This document shows, piece after piece, positions 22,927 through 33,090 of a DNA stretch of 64,000 bases. The position numbers were made by a program, and so were the translations under genes. Every line of letters starts with the position of its first letter. The stretch's first letter is position 1. The stretch covers positions 1 to 64,000 of the forward strand of contig MCFE01000107.1 of assembly GCA_002104905.1 (NCBI GenBank), written 5' to 3'. The DNA comes from Basidiobolus meristosporus CBS 931.73. Its lineage: Eukaryota > Fungi > Basidiobolomycota. The notes beneath the pieces are model-generated. The model was not told the DNA's origin. It searched no databases and worked only from the letters and a program-made list of their open reading frames with translations.

Positions 22927-24284
22927 CTAAGATTCTGCACTTAATTGTCCCTTTGGTTCAGTTAAACCATTCAAGAGTTTTATTACACTTTCTCTTGGAT
23001 ACAACATAGGGTCTTGGAACCTCCTTTGTTGGTTATCATTGCTTATTAAAGCATTTTCTTCTTCCTTCTTATTGGCACTTGATTTTCTTAATTCTTTATC
23101 CAGGAGCCTTCCATATATGTAATTTAAGGTCAAATCTTCAGTTCTGGACTCTAGGGCTGATACAAGGCCCTGAAACTTGTCTGTCAGGCTATTCAGGATG
23201 GTAACTATCACATCCTCATCAGTAGTTGGTACACCCACAGATTTCATCTCATCTACCAGCATGGTAATTCTGTTAATTAGATTTTTCATTTCTTCTCCAG
23301 GCAGCATCTTTGTAGTAAAGAATTTTTGTCTCAGATACATCTTCTTGGCAGCTGAACATGATTGGTAGGTGTCTTCTAATGCTTTCCAGGCATTCTTTGC
23401 CATTTTTGCTCTTGAGCATTGAATTAGCAATTTGTCCTTGACATTAAGGCAAATGCAATTAAAGGCACTTTGTTCTTTCTTCTGGTACTTTAAGGCTTCC
23501 TCTCCCACGTTTTTAGGAGGGCATTTTTCTCCCATGACAATGTCCCAAAGGCCTCTTTCTTGTAGCAGCATCTTCATCTTCACCTTCCACACTTGGTAGT
23601 TAGATCCATCCAACTTTTCAGCAGAGGGAAAAATTCCAGTAATACCAGTAGTAGACATTGCAGAGAGTGACAGCTTGGGGCTCATAACCTGTTGTAAGAG
23701 TCTTGGAGATATTGGAAGTGATTGGGAGAACAAGTAGATTATGTGGTTTTCACTAAATGATTTATTGAATGTAAAAGTAGTATTTATACTTTTACCTGGT
23801 CTTGGCATAACAAGCATGTCAAGTAGGTTAAGGAAGGTCCCAAGAGCATGTGTGCAATGTTTGGGGCTGTTTGGACAACTTTGAGAATTTTGATGTTCTG
23901 GGTACCTGGTATTTTGGTGAAAATATTCTAAGTAAATCCCAATCAGGAGTTTGGTCAGTATTCTCTAGGATTTGAAGGTAATGATCTAAGTGACCAAGTT
24001 AGATGAATATTTAGGTGGAAATACAAATTTTTACAACTTTGGCAACTACTAAGTTGTTGGATAGATCTCAGATGACTAATCACCTGGGAAGACTTTGCAG
24101 ATAATTTTATAACCTAATGACCACACAAAAATTGATAAGGTGTAGCAGCTAAAAATAAATTCTGAGAAGGGATAAAATAAACCACAACTGGGATTAGTTA
24201 TGTTTGGGTAAGGGAAAATCAGTCAGTGTACTTGATTTTCTAACAGAGTAAAATTGGCCAAGTTTTAAATGTTGATGCACAACA
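22927..24284 (-). mobile_element. Ty1/Copia retrotransposon 5' portion: LTR (23690-24284), PBS (23678-23689), gag (ATG probably 23658); pol is missing
   Basis: TGTTG...CAACA LTR of 595 bp, then GGTTATGAGCCC (copia-type PBS) on the minus strand. The gag has KLDGSNYQVWKVKMKMLL..LWDIV, AKNAWKALE and ILNSL..KF..LVSALE. Confidence 0.88.
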
Positions 24285-24786
24285 TGCACTATAAGCTCAG
24301 ACTTCTCTACCTTAGAACCAGATTATATCTCAGAACTCATCACTGCAACAACCCACTGATCAAGGCCTGGAAGAGAACACACCACACTAAACCTGGCTCC
24401 TGCTGGAGAAATATACTTGGAGATCCTGAAGTCAAGAAGTTTGCACATTTTTTCTGCAGTCAGAAAAACCCAAGCTGGCCTACCTCAGGTGTTTGACAGA
24501 CCATTTGCAGCAATATCTGAGACAGCATACTCCCTTTATGATGATTATCAATCCTTGTAATATTTCACTTATCAATGTTGTTCACAAGTCATTGTTACCC
24601 CTTTTGCTATTCCCTTCACATTGAACAGTGTCTTAAGCACTGAGAACTATCATCACTTCTTATTAACCTACCTACAAGTTCCCCTCAGCTGCACACTCTT
24701 GTATAAAATCTACAACAGTAGTGCTGGCTTCTTTGTTTCAACTGAAATAAAGATTTCACCCATTACTGACTGTCTCCCCCCTAACC
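24285..24786 (+). mobile_element. 5'-truncated 3' fragment of the same LINE family as 1-1400
   Basis: Aligns with ~899-1400 (YKLRLLYLRTRLYLR..HCNNPLIKAWKRTHH). Ends AATAAAGATTTCACC..CTGTCTCCCCCCTAACC. Confidence 0.9.
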
Positions 24787-25291
24787 ATAAGTGTGGGTAT
24801 ACAGAAGGGCTCAGATTTGCTACTTGTACCTATTGCAAGGATTATTAGAGTGATCAATCCTAAGAAACTAAAGCATACTCAAATGGCTTATTACAAATAA
24901 ATGTTGCATCTACACTATGACAGTTGCTTGACAGAAAGCACAAGGAGTACTGCTGGAATATATATGAGCAGGTGCACAAATATGGGGGTTTTGTACAACT
25001 TTGCAAAGTCTAATAATCTAAGTGCCAGGTATTTTGACAAGACTGCTCAAGACAATACGTAACTGAGAGCTCTGACCTGGAGTAATAAAGCTTTTGTACC
25101 AAGCTAATGATAATATTTGGAACACAAGTTTGCTTTGGCACTTGGAAGTATTTACGCTGGCTACTGTCAGTATTGGCAAATTTTGAGACTTTGCGATGCT
25201 CTAGAGTGTTCATTTTATGCCATTCTCACAGGCACTGAAAATTTCCAGTCGGTGGTAGCAATATTTATTTCATGTAATATCCGCAAATATA

Positions 25292-25594
25292 CTAAAATTT
25301 GGTACATTTGCCACCAAAATGATTCTGTGCGGCTATGACCTCATTATAGCTTTCTTCCACACTGCAGAGAATTGTCGTATCACAATTTGCATTGCGTCTC
25401 ATTTCTCTGGTACTGCAGTATTTACGAGTGATATCCCAGTCAGAAAAGCAGTTCTGTTGCTCAATAGTCTCCAAATCCTCAAGTGCAGTGGGAGTACTAG
25501 TAACCCTCTTGAGTACGTAGCAGTGGTTTTCCAGTGCCGCCATAACAGCAGTTAGCTCCAGAGTAAGAGTAATAAGTAGGATCTTGAATTGCAT
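25292..25594 (-). CDS. Small secreted cysteine-rich protein, 100 aa, 6 Cys
   Basis: Signal-peptide-like N-terminus MQFKILLITLTLELTAVMA, six cysteines, and TATAAAA about 35-40 nt upstream. Confidence 0.65.
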   Translation of the reverse strand: MQFKILLITLTLELTAVMAALENHCYVLKRVTSTPTALEDLETIEQQNCFSDWDITRKYCSTREMRRNANCDTTILCSVEESYNEVIAAQNHFGGKCTKF

Positions 25595-25930
25595 GTTGAT
25601 GAGGTTTGCTTGGTTGTCAACGTAGAGTATTTTATAGGTGTCAACATGCAGGAGGGTTTAGGAGAACCTCTGGAGAAAACCGGTCATTTTCTGGTTGAGG
25701 TCAAGAGAAGATGGTGAAGGAATTGCTGCGTACCTGAATCATAAGTATTATCCTTATCAGAACTGATTTGTTCGTAGTACAATGCAATCTTATAGGGTTA
25801 GAGCAGCTCAACAGAGTCAAGAAATCTTGTAGCAGGTTCATTGTCTTGCCATGGTAAAGGTAAAGGCCAAATGTTGACCCCTAAGTGTCCGCTCAACCCA
25901 AGTGACCCCGGTGAAGTGATACTAATGCAG

Positions 25931-26726
25931 TGCCTTTGCCTCCCCGAGAATCCAGTCTAAAGAGCAATCCTGATGGAGGAGTGAAGGAACAGACTGCTGG
26001 CCTTTACATCGAAAAATTGACCAAGCTTGGCTTATTACCCTGGCTTTCGATGTCACCAACCAAGGCAAGAGTGAAGACCCCAACCAAGGAGTGGAGGACT
26101 TCAATCTAAGCACCTTGGGTGAGGCTGATATCTCTGCTTTAGGAGGATACGCCACTTGTGCCGTACAAACCGATTTTGTGGGGAAAAGGTATGTATGGCA
26201 GTCATTTATTAAAAGACTTGCAAGAGGCAAAGGGTGAGTCGCCTTCCCTAAGCAACTGGGTGTCAAAGATCTGCCACCTCGTAGTTCCTACAGGTAAGCA
26301 TACGGCTACTACCGCACCCCTTGTGCCCCGCACACTCGCAGTACAAACCAAAGCGTGAATGTGGTAGTTGGTGGCTGAGCTCTTAACTCGACGTTGTTCT
26401 CCAGTTGCGGCAGGCTAAAGTCAGCGGTATACAATACCATGTGTCTAGCAAGAAAGCAAGATACAGTTGGCTTAACAACACTACCAATGACCCGCAATAC
26501 CAACGGACAACACCTTCCAGGAGATGAGAGGACTACCGTAAGTGGCACTTGGCTCGGAGGTGGAACAAAGATACCAAAAGGTGTGCATATTCAGCTCATA
26601 GGACAAAGCACCATCCAGGAAAGCTACATTGACACTAATGAAGAGCCACGCCCCATTGAAAGTGACCATTGTAACCTTGGAGTCTATCGACGGAAATTTT
26701 TTAGCTCATGGGTTACTGCCCATTAA
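25931..26726 (+). pseudogene. Degenerate alpha/beta hydrolase (YcjY/X-Pro-like family, common in bacteria)
   Basis: Across frames the sequence reads LPEN..AIL..PDGGVKEQTAGLY..L..LG/ITLAFD...QGKSEDP...VEDF..LSTL....ALGGYA..A.QTD, matching my recollection of that family's GGVKEQTAGLY / ITLAFD motifs. It has a stop, frameshifts and deletions. Confidence 0.6.
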
Positions 26727-26969
26727 TAAACAGTTACAAAAGTTCTTACTAGTATAGACAGTTACTGCAGAAGTTGAGACAATACTAAGTGTTATTAGGG
26801 GCACTATTGGCCAGGTAGTCCTCATTATTCACACTGTGTAGCCTTGGTACGAAGAGACAATGTAGCAAACGGTGTGGCACCCAGGTTAAATCAATCTAGC
26901 TCGCATGAAGCTATGAGCGAAGTCTAATTGAGTGGGTACCAGAAGGTGATATAAATCGGGAAAATTTGC

Positions 26970-27281
26970 ATGAGACTCCGCCAGCCAGGATTCTCTGGGT
27001 TGCAAGGGTTCGATATTTCCAATGTTCAACCGTCCCACGTCTTGTTGGACAGCATCAATGGCCATTCTTCCAGTAAAGCCAACGCCTTGCCCAACTCAAA
27101 CCAGTTCGACCAGACGCAAGTCATTGATCAAACCCTCTACCAGTCCAAGCAGCAACAGCCACAAATTATCATCACTCAGCCAACAGCGCGTGCACTTAGC
27201 GGGGGGTACAAGAAGTATAAGAGATCGGCTCGTCGCCACTTCAAAATCAGATATTTCAGTGGAAACAGACATCAAATTTAG
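26970..27281 (+). CDS. Hypothetical Gln/Asn-rich protein with a basic C-terminus, 103 aa
   Basis: Open frame preceded by ATATAAAT at ~26950; no recognisable domain. Confidence 0.35.
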   Translation: MRLRQPGFSGLQGFDISNVQPSHVLLDSINGHSSSKANALPNSNQFDQTQVIDQTLYQSKQQQPQIIITQPTARALSGGYKKYKRSARRHFKIRYFSGNRHQI

Positions 27282-27647
27282 TAAAAGTAAATTTAAGAAA
27301 TAAAATGAGTGACATACTACTAGTTATACTGATGATATACAAGTACTCAAGCATTTGCTGGTGTGTACATACAGGAATAGCGTACCTTATCGTTGTACAT
27401 ATGGTTATTATTTGCGCTGAAGAGAATTATGAGCAGCGGTGATAGAACCCTAGAGATAAACTGAGGCGGGCATTCCAGTGCATGTGTTTTATAGGTTACA
27501 GGTTTCCTCAAATAAAGTCCATAACAGAATGTAAGACATGTCTTATCTAACAAAATTTACTTTATGCCCTCGGACTAACCTTGCTATAAGCTTCTAATGC
27601 TATATAGCGGCCTATGCAACTAACCTATTTCTCACCTATTCTTCAGC

Positions 27648-28211
27648 ATGCACTCTACTACCATAGCAGTGATTCTAGGCCTTGCCGCTCTTCAAGTTAC
27701 CGTTGCTGCCCTAATCGGCTGTTCTCCTCCATGCACTCGCGAGTATAGAAAGGTTCATTATCGCAGTTTACCATGTGCACAGTATGTGAACGATTGCTAC
27801 CAAAACGGTCGAGTTTTACCTGTCGTTAAGACGTCGAATGTCCAATCCCCATCATTGTGCCAGGTTTTCCCCACCGTGACCAGAAAGCACGATACCCTGA
27901 ACATTGCCAATGCCAACAGCAATAAAAGCTTCAACGTCAAGTATCAAGCAGGACCCAGTCTCGAACTGGAGGGCCAAAAACTGTGCTACACGTTTGATCT
28001 TGGTATTACAAATATTCGATTTTTGTCAGACTGCTCGGTGGCTATTAGGATTGTGATTTTTCCTCTTTTGGTTGCTGCAATCATTTTTGTGCAAGCTTTA
28101 GCAACAGAAAAAGTGATGAGGGTGGGGTTCGAACCCACGCCTCCGAAGAGACTGCGACCTGAACGCAGCGCCTTAGACCACTCGGCCACCTCACCAGCCC
28201 ATTCTTGTTAA
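27648..28211 (+). CDS. Putative secreted Cys-containing protein; the true 3' end is uncertain because the ORF runs antisense through the tRNA
   Basis: Signal peptide MHSTTIAVILGLAALQVTVAA, several Cys, TATATA at ~27601, and a paralogous first-exon remnant at 29642. Confidence 0.6.
   Translation: MHSTTIAVILGLAALQVTVAALIGCSPPCTREYRKVHYRSLPCAQYVNDCYQNGRVLPVVKTSNVQSPSLCQVFPTVTRKHDTLNIANANSNKSFNVKYQAGPSLELEGQKLCYTFDLGITNIRFLSDCSVAIRIVIFPLLVAAIIFVQALATEKVMRVGFEPTPPKRLRPERSALDHSATSPAHSC
28114..28195 (-). tRNA. trnL(CAG): tRNA-Leu (anticodon CAG), intronless
   Basis: Minus strand reads GGTGAGGTGGCCGAGTGGTCTAAGGCGCTGCGTTCAGGTCGCAGTCTCTTCGGAGGCGTGGGTTCGAACCCCACCCTCATCA. All stems pair, there is a long variable arm, and a T5 terminator follows. 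Confidence 0.97.
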
Positions 28212-29641
28212 GCAACAAGGGTAAGTGGAGTAGGATCTGAGGATATTCAATAAGAATCGGAGAGGGTTATCTGAATGACTGATGAACCGGTGAAAGGTTG
28301 ATGCTTTATTGATAGTGTTTAGAGGGGTTTATATAGAGATAGCCTCGGGAGGAGAGCTCCGATAACGTAGGGCAAGCTTCCAAAAGGAGGGTCCAAGATG
28401 TATTAAATAATGTGTGTATCATTGAGTGTGATTGATCGTCAGTGTGCGATTCAAGGTGTTCGATCAGTAGTGTTCAAGTGATCGGTGGTGACTAGTTAGG
28501 ATTTAAATCATAACATTCTTGTCACAAAGTAAGGAGTCGATCAATGTTAAGTGGCATTAGCGCATACAAAGACGACTCAGTATCCCAGTAAAGAAGATAA
28601 ATCGCATATAATCACAATAAGGTACAAATACGAGCTAAATAATCGAATAAAGGGGGTAGTTTGTTAGAAATGAGAAGAGCGGTAGAAATGGTTATTATCT
28701 TGGATATATTTCTACACGTCACCAGCCTAACATCTTAAAAGATATTCTCATACTACCCCGTCGGATCCACTGTTGTTAGTTATGATCTGATCAATGCACA
28801 AATCTAGGAGATATTGCTTGGTAATGAATTCAACCAGAGAAAAGTGCTACTTTATACCGGATAAACTAGACTATTTTCAGTTTTGGAACGTGATCTAACA
28901 TATATATGTTTGTGCCAATTTTGGGAATCTGGCCCACCGAATTCCTGGGTTCTTCCTAAACGGGATTAGTATTAACAGCAAGCCCACATATCCTAGCTCC
29001 TATTGTGGTAGTTGAATTCACGGCTTTAACATTCTTTAAATCTAGTCATCCTGAACTTGCTTTACTCCAACTCAATCATCAAGCTTTCTCTTACCCTCCC
29101 TCTATTCATCACAACTCCCCACCCAGCCATGGTGTTTGAAGAGAGATAAGGCTTTATAAGGCAAAGTTACCGTATGTTGTCAAGGCTTTTGAAAGCAATC
29201 CTTGGAGCTATGCTCAACATATAATGCTGACTTGGATACCAGACAGTTGTGGGAACTAAGAAGGTCGGCCGGGACTACACATAAGCGAATATAAAGGCCA
29301 AAGAGGAGTTTACATTCAAGAAACACTTAACAACAAAATGCTTTTCAGAAATATCCTCTTGGCCAGTGCTTTGGTGGTCTCCACGCTTATGGGTAGTGTT
29401 GATAGAACCATATATATACACTATTGTGTGAGGGGAATGCAAAATATTGATGGCAATCAGACAATCGTTAGGAGTGTGCCCGCAGAAATGTAACGGCACA
29501 GTAATACTGTGGATAATCACCTGAATAGTCAATGAAAGGTGAGATATGAAATATGTCATAGCAATTCGCCGTGCTAAACCATGGTATATGCTATAAAACA
29601 GCCCAGGCAATTACAAATACGTGATTCAGCTGCTGCTCCAC

Positions 29642-29746
29642 ACGCGCTTTACTACCGTAGCAGTGACTCTAGGCCTTGCCATGAATCAAGTTGCCATTGC
29701 TGCCCCAATCGGCTGTTCTCCATCAAAACCCATTTTGTTGCACTAA
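29642..29746 (+). pseudogene. Remnant paralog of the 5' end of the 27648 gene (start codon ACG, early stop)
   Basis: ACTACCGTAGCAGTGACTCTAGGCCTTGCC...CAAGTTGCCATTGCTGCCCCAATCGGCTGTTCTCC aligns with 27657-27728. An upstream TATAAAA is retained. Confidence 0.7.
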
Positions 29747-29992
29747 AAGCACTTTTTGGCTCTAGAGTAACCTCCACAAAGGAGCATACAGATATATCCG
29801 AAATTGGTATTCTCCCCTCCCCCAACCCTATTCTTCGTAAACATACTAGGTATACCCACATATAGCTATATATTACTATATTTTCCCCTATGACACAATA
29901 GGTGGAAAGTTAATATCATACAAACTGGCATTCCAACTATTAAGCAATTTTATTAATGGGTTATATAGATTATAAATACATTACTCTATGTG

Positions 29993-30697
29993 TTACTGAC
30001 AATTGTTGTTACCGTTACCGGCTCCATTACCATTTCCGGAGCCGTTCCCACCATTTCCGGAGTCATAAGCACCAACACTGTTACCACCGCTGCCATTGCT
30101 ATCTCCATTACCTCCGTTGCCGTTACCGCCGTTTTCTTTTCCGTCATTTCCAGAGCCATAGGCACTGGCTTCGTTTCCATCGTTTCCATTACCATCTCCA
30201 TTGACTCCGTTGCCGTTTCCGCTTCCTCCATTTCCAGAGTCATGAATACCAGCTCCGTTCCCTCCATCCCCATTGCCACCGTTGCTACTGCCGCTATTTC
30301 CATCTCCGTGGTCTCCATTTCCAGAGGCATAGGCACCAACTCCGTTACCGCCATTTTCGTTACCACCGCTTCCATTGCCTCCATTGCCGTTACCGCCGTT
30401 ACCATTACCACCGTTTCCGGAGTCATAAGCACCAGTTCCATTTCCATCATTGCCACTGCCATTTCCACCATTTCCGTCGCCATTACCGCCATTTCCAGGG
30501 CTATAGGCACCAGCTCCATTTCCTCCATTGCCATCGCTACCGTTGGAATCACCATTTCCGCCATTACCTCCACCAAATACATCCATCACATCGTAGGCCC
30601 CACCGCCTCTGGCTTGCAATCTTCTATCGAAAGCTACGGCTTTGATTGCTGCCAAACCAGAGAGGAGGCACAAGATTCTAGGTGCGAAAAATTTCAT
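29993..30697 (-). CDS. Secreted Gly/Asn-rich repetitive protein
   Basis: Signal peptide MKFFAPRILCLLSGLAAIKAVA, then repeated GAY(D/A/S)(S/P)GNGG and (GN)n motifs. Confidence 0.85.
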   Translation of the reverse strand: MKFFAPRILCLLSGLAAIKAVAFDRRLQARGGGAYDVMDVFGGGNGGNGDSNGSDGNGGNGAGAYSPGNGGNGDGNGGNGSGNDGNGTGAYDSGNGGNGNGGNGNGGNGSGGNENGGNGVGAYASGNGDHGDGNSGSSNGGNGDGGNGAGIHDSGNGGSGNGNGVNGDGNGNDGNEASAYGSGNDGKENGGNGNGGNGDSNGSGGNSVGAYDSGNGGNGSGNGNGAGNGNNNCQ

Positions 30698-31773
30698 TCT
30701 ATTATAAAAAGAGATAAAGTGCTTAGTGGATGACTTGGTTTCTCCCACTGGAGCTTCTATTTATACCAACTCACTGCTTTCCTCTTATGGACGAGGGAAA
30801 TATGGGGTATTCCACATGTAAACAGATGCCCCCTCATGATCCTGCTATGTCCCATCCAGCCAAAGTACAGCTCAGTGTTAACTATCTGCATCAAACTGGA
30901 TTTAACCTAAAATAACGGTTGGTCGACCACTCCCTGCCTTGTAAATTTCGTAAGTAGAACCTCTTTCCCCGTATTCCCATTACATCCTTACCTTATGTCT
31001 GGTTAGTGGCGCATCATATCAAGAAAGCGATATATTTTACAGGAATGTTGCTGACTAGTCAGGAGGATTAGAAATAAGGAGCCAAATACCAGGCATATCA
31101 CACTGGAAGTAGGTTGACTCTATTCAAGGGAGCAGAATTCAGTATTGAAGGAGTCGATGTTGGAAAAGGAATATCGGAGTTTTATGCGCAATGTATTTAT
31201 ACTCTTTACTCATATACCATTCCTCTGGCACTGAAGATGAAGGAATGCCTTTCGCCTGGATCGTAGATTACTGCGTGGAATGGCATTGAATGCCTTAAGT
31301 CTTACCATTAGATAGCTAACAACGCTGTGGAAAGACATGAATAAACAAATGAACATGTAGTAGCTTTTGAAATATTCATATATAATAGATCGGCATGTCC
31401 TCTTAAATATACATGACACTATGATGTAGTCCGAAATTTAGATGCATGTGCCTCTGCCTCTGCTTGCTTTCCTGATTACAGAATCGCTGCTACCAGTATT
31501 ATAGGCGCCGGCTCCATTCCACCAGTTAATCGCGAAGTAGCATTGTGTAATGAGGTGAGGCAAGTACGTCAAATAATATCTTGGCGGCTGCCTATACTAG
31601 CTTACCGAGAATCAAGTCAAACGACTTCCTCTCGTGTATAATAAATGTTAAGCGTTGCACAAGTCCCAATCAATCAGTTCCGAAATGTCGAAAAGTACCT
31701 AGTTGCATCAATAATAATGGATCAATGGAAGCTGGTGTTGAATTTATTCAGAAATTTTACATGCGATTGTAGA

Positions 31774-32664
31774 TTAAAATTTGTTGCCGCGACGACCAAT
31801 GGTGGCAGTGATGTATCCAGAAAAGTCAGTCACTGGTGAGAAAATGGTCATCTCTTGGCCAGCATTGGGAAGGTTGAAGGGTGCGAGGTTGGTGGTGAAG
31901 TGGTGGCTGTTGGGGAGTGCATAGTATACATCTTGGACTTCAGGGAAGCGCTTCAAGATCAACTCGGCCATGCGGTACATGGTGGCCTGAACTGAGGCAG
32001 AGTCGTCATGAGCGAACACATCCAGGGTGGTCTTGCGAACTCCTTCGAAGATGCGGTCGAATGGAATGCTCTCGATACCAATTGAGGTGTCGATGTTGTA
32101 GTGAGCTTTTACCGTCGTGGAGAAGATACGGTCATCGGCATCCTGAAGGGTGGTGTTCTCGCAGAGATGGAAATTGGTGAAGGAAGAGCCGGTGGTCTTC
32201 AACACAAGAAGGCCTTCCAATCCAGACTTGATGCTCACACTGTCGGCAGTAACAGTGACCCAGGTCTCTCTGGTCTCGCTACCATCACGGTAGAAGGAGT
32301 GGGGATGTGGCTCGCCATTGACATTGATTCTGGTCCAACGTTGTTGAACAATGTGGACATTGGCATGGGTGACATGGGAATACTTCTCAACGAAGTGCTT
32401 ACCAAGCTCGTACGCATAGCGCTCGATGGTCTGGACGTGGTTGGACTTCTTGGCAATAACATAGCAGGTGTTCTTGACAGTGTCGGTTGGAACAACCATG
32501 CTGTTGTCAGCCTTGGTGTAGGCCTCTTCGAAGTCACCTTCAAGGAGTACTTGGCAAGTGAGCTCGACAATGTCATTATACTGGGCAGTGTGACGGATAG
32601 CTTTGGTGACTCTGACCTTGGCCTTACCATAGGCTTGACGCTTCAACTCGACTGCTCCAGACAT
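31774..32664 (-). CDS. uox: Uricase (urate oxidase), copy 1
   Basis: YGKAKVRV, VVPTDTVKNT, LKTTGSSF, DRIFST, SASVQATMY, LPNSHHF; intronless; C-terminus NKF. Confidence 0.96.
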   Translation of the reverse strand: MSGAVELKRQAYGKAKVRVTKAIRHTAQYNDIVELTCQVLLEGDFEEAYTKADNSMVVPTDTVKNTCYVIAKKSNHVQTIERYAYELGKHFVEKYSHVTHANVHIVQQRWTRINVNGEPHPHSFYRDGSETRETWVTVTADSVSIKSGLEGLLVLKTTGSSFTNFHLCENTTLQDADDRIFSTTVKAHYNIDTSIGIESIPFDRIFEGVRKTTLDVFAHDDSASVQATMYRMAELILKRFPEVQDVYYALPNSHHFTTNLAPFNLPNAGQEMTIFSPVTDFSGYITATIGRRGNKF

Positions 32665-33090
32665 CTTACAAGATTGTAGACTATTACTACTCTCTACGAC
32701 CCAGTACTCCTATATATATGGCTGGAGGTATTTACCTCCTCTCGGATTGGCACTAAGACCCCATAACTCTTTGACCTATTTCCATCTTTTGAATCTAGGC
32801 TCGTATCCGACTAGTTTTGCGAGGTGGATAGATAAGATTTGACTTATCGGACTGCCAACACAGCAGTTCATGTCACACAATCCATCTGCGATGTGGAGTA
32901 GATCTCAATCCCTGAGAATATCTGTATTAGAAGGCATCACGACTTACACTTCAATATTGGTAGGACAAGTGTGAACAAAGGCCGAGACTGCCATACATCT
33001 GATGCAGTTGGTATCGCTTGTGAATCCACTCCGACTATAAGTTCTCATCACCAGTCCATACTGAGTATCAGCCAAGCACATATTCACAAA

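Noticed and set aside
22310-24284. A 2-kb DNA transposon with long terminal inverted repeats
   Set aside because: The right repeat is part of a Copia LTR with its own PBS and gag. There is no transposase and no TSD.
29986-30733. Alternative-frame ORFs (29986-30582 minus, 29990-30733 plus, 29956-30204 plus)
   Set aside because: Shadows of the low-complexity Gly/Asn coding repeat; only the frame with a signal peptide is supported.
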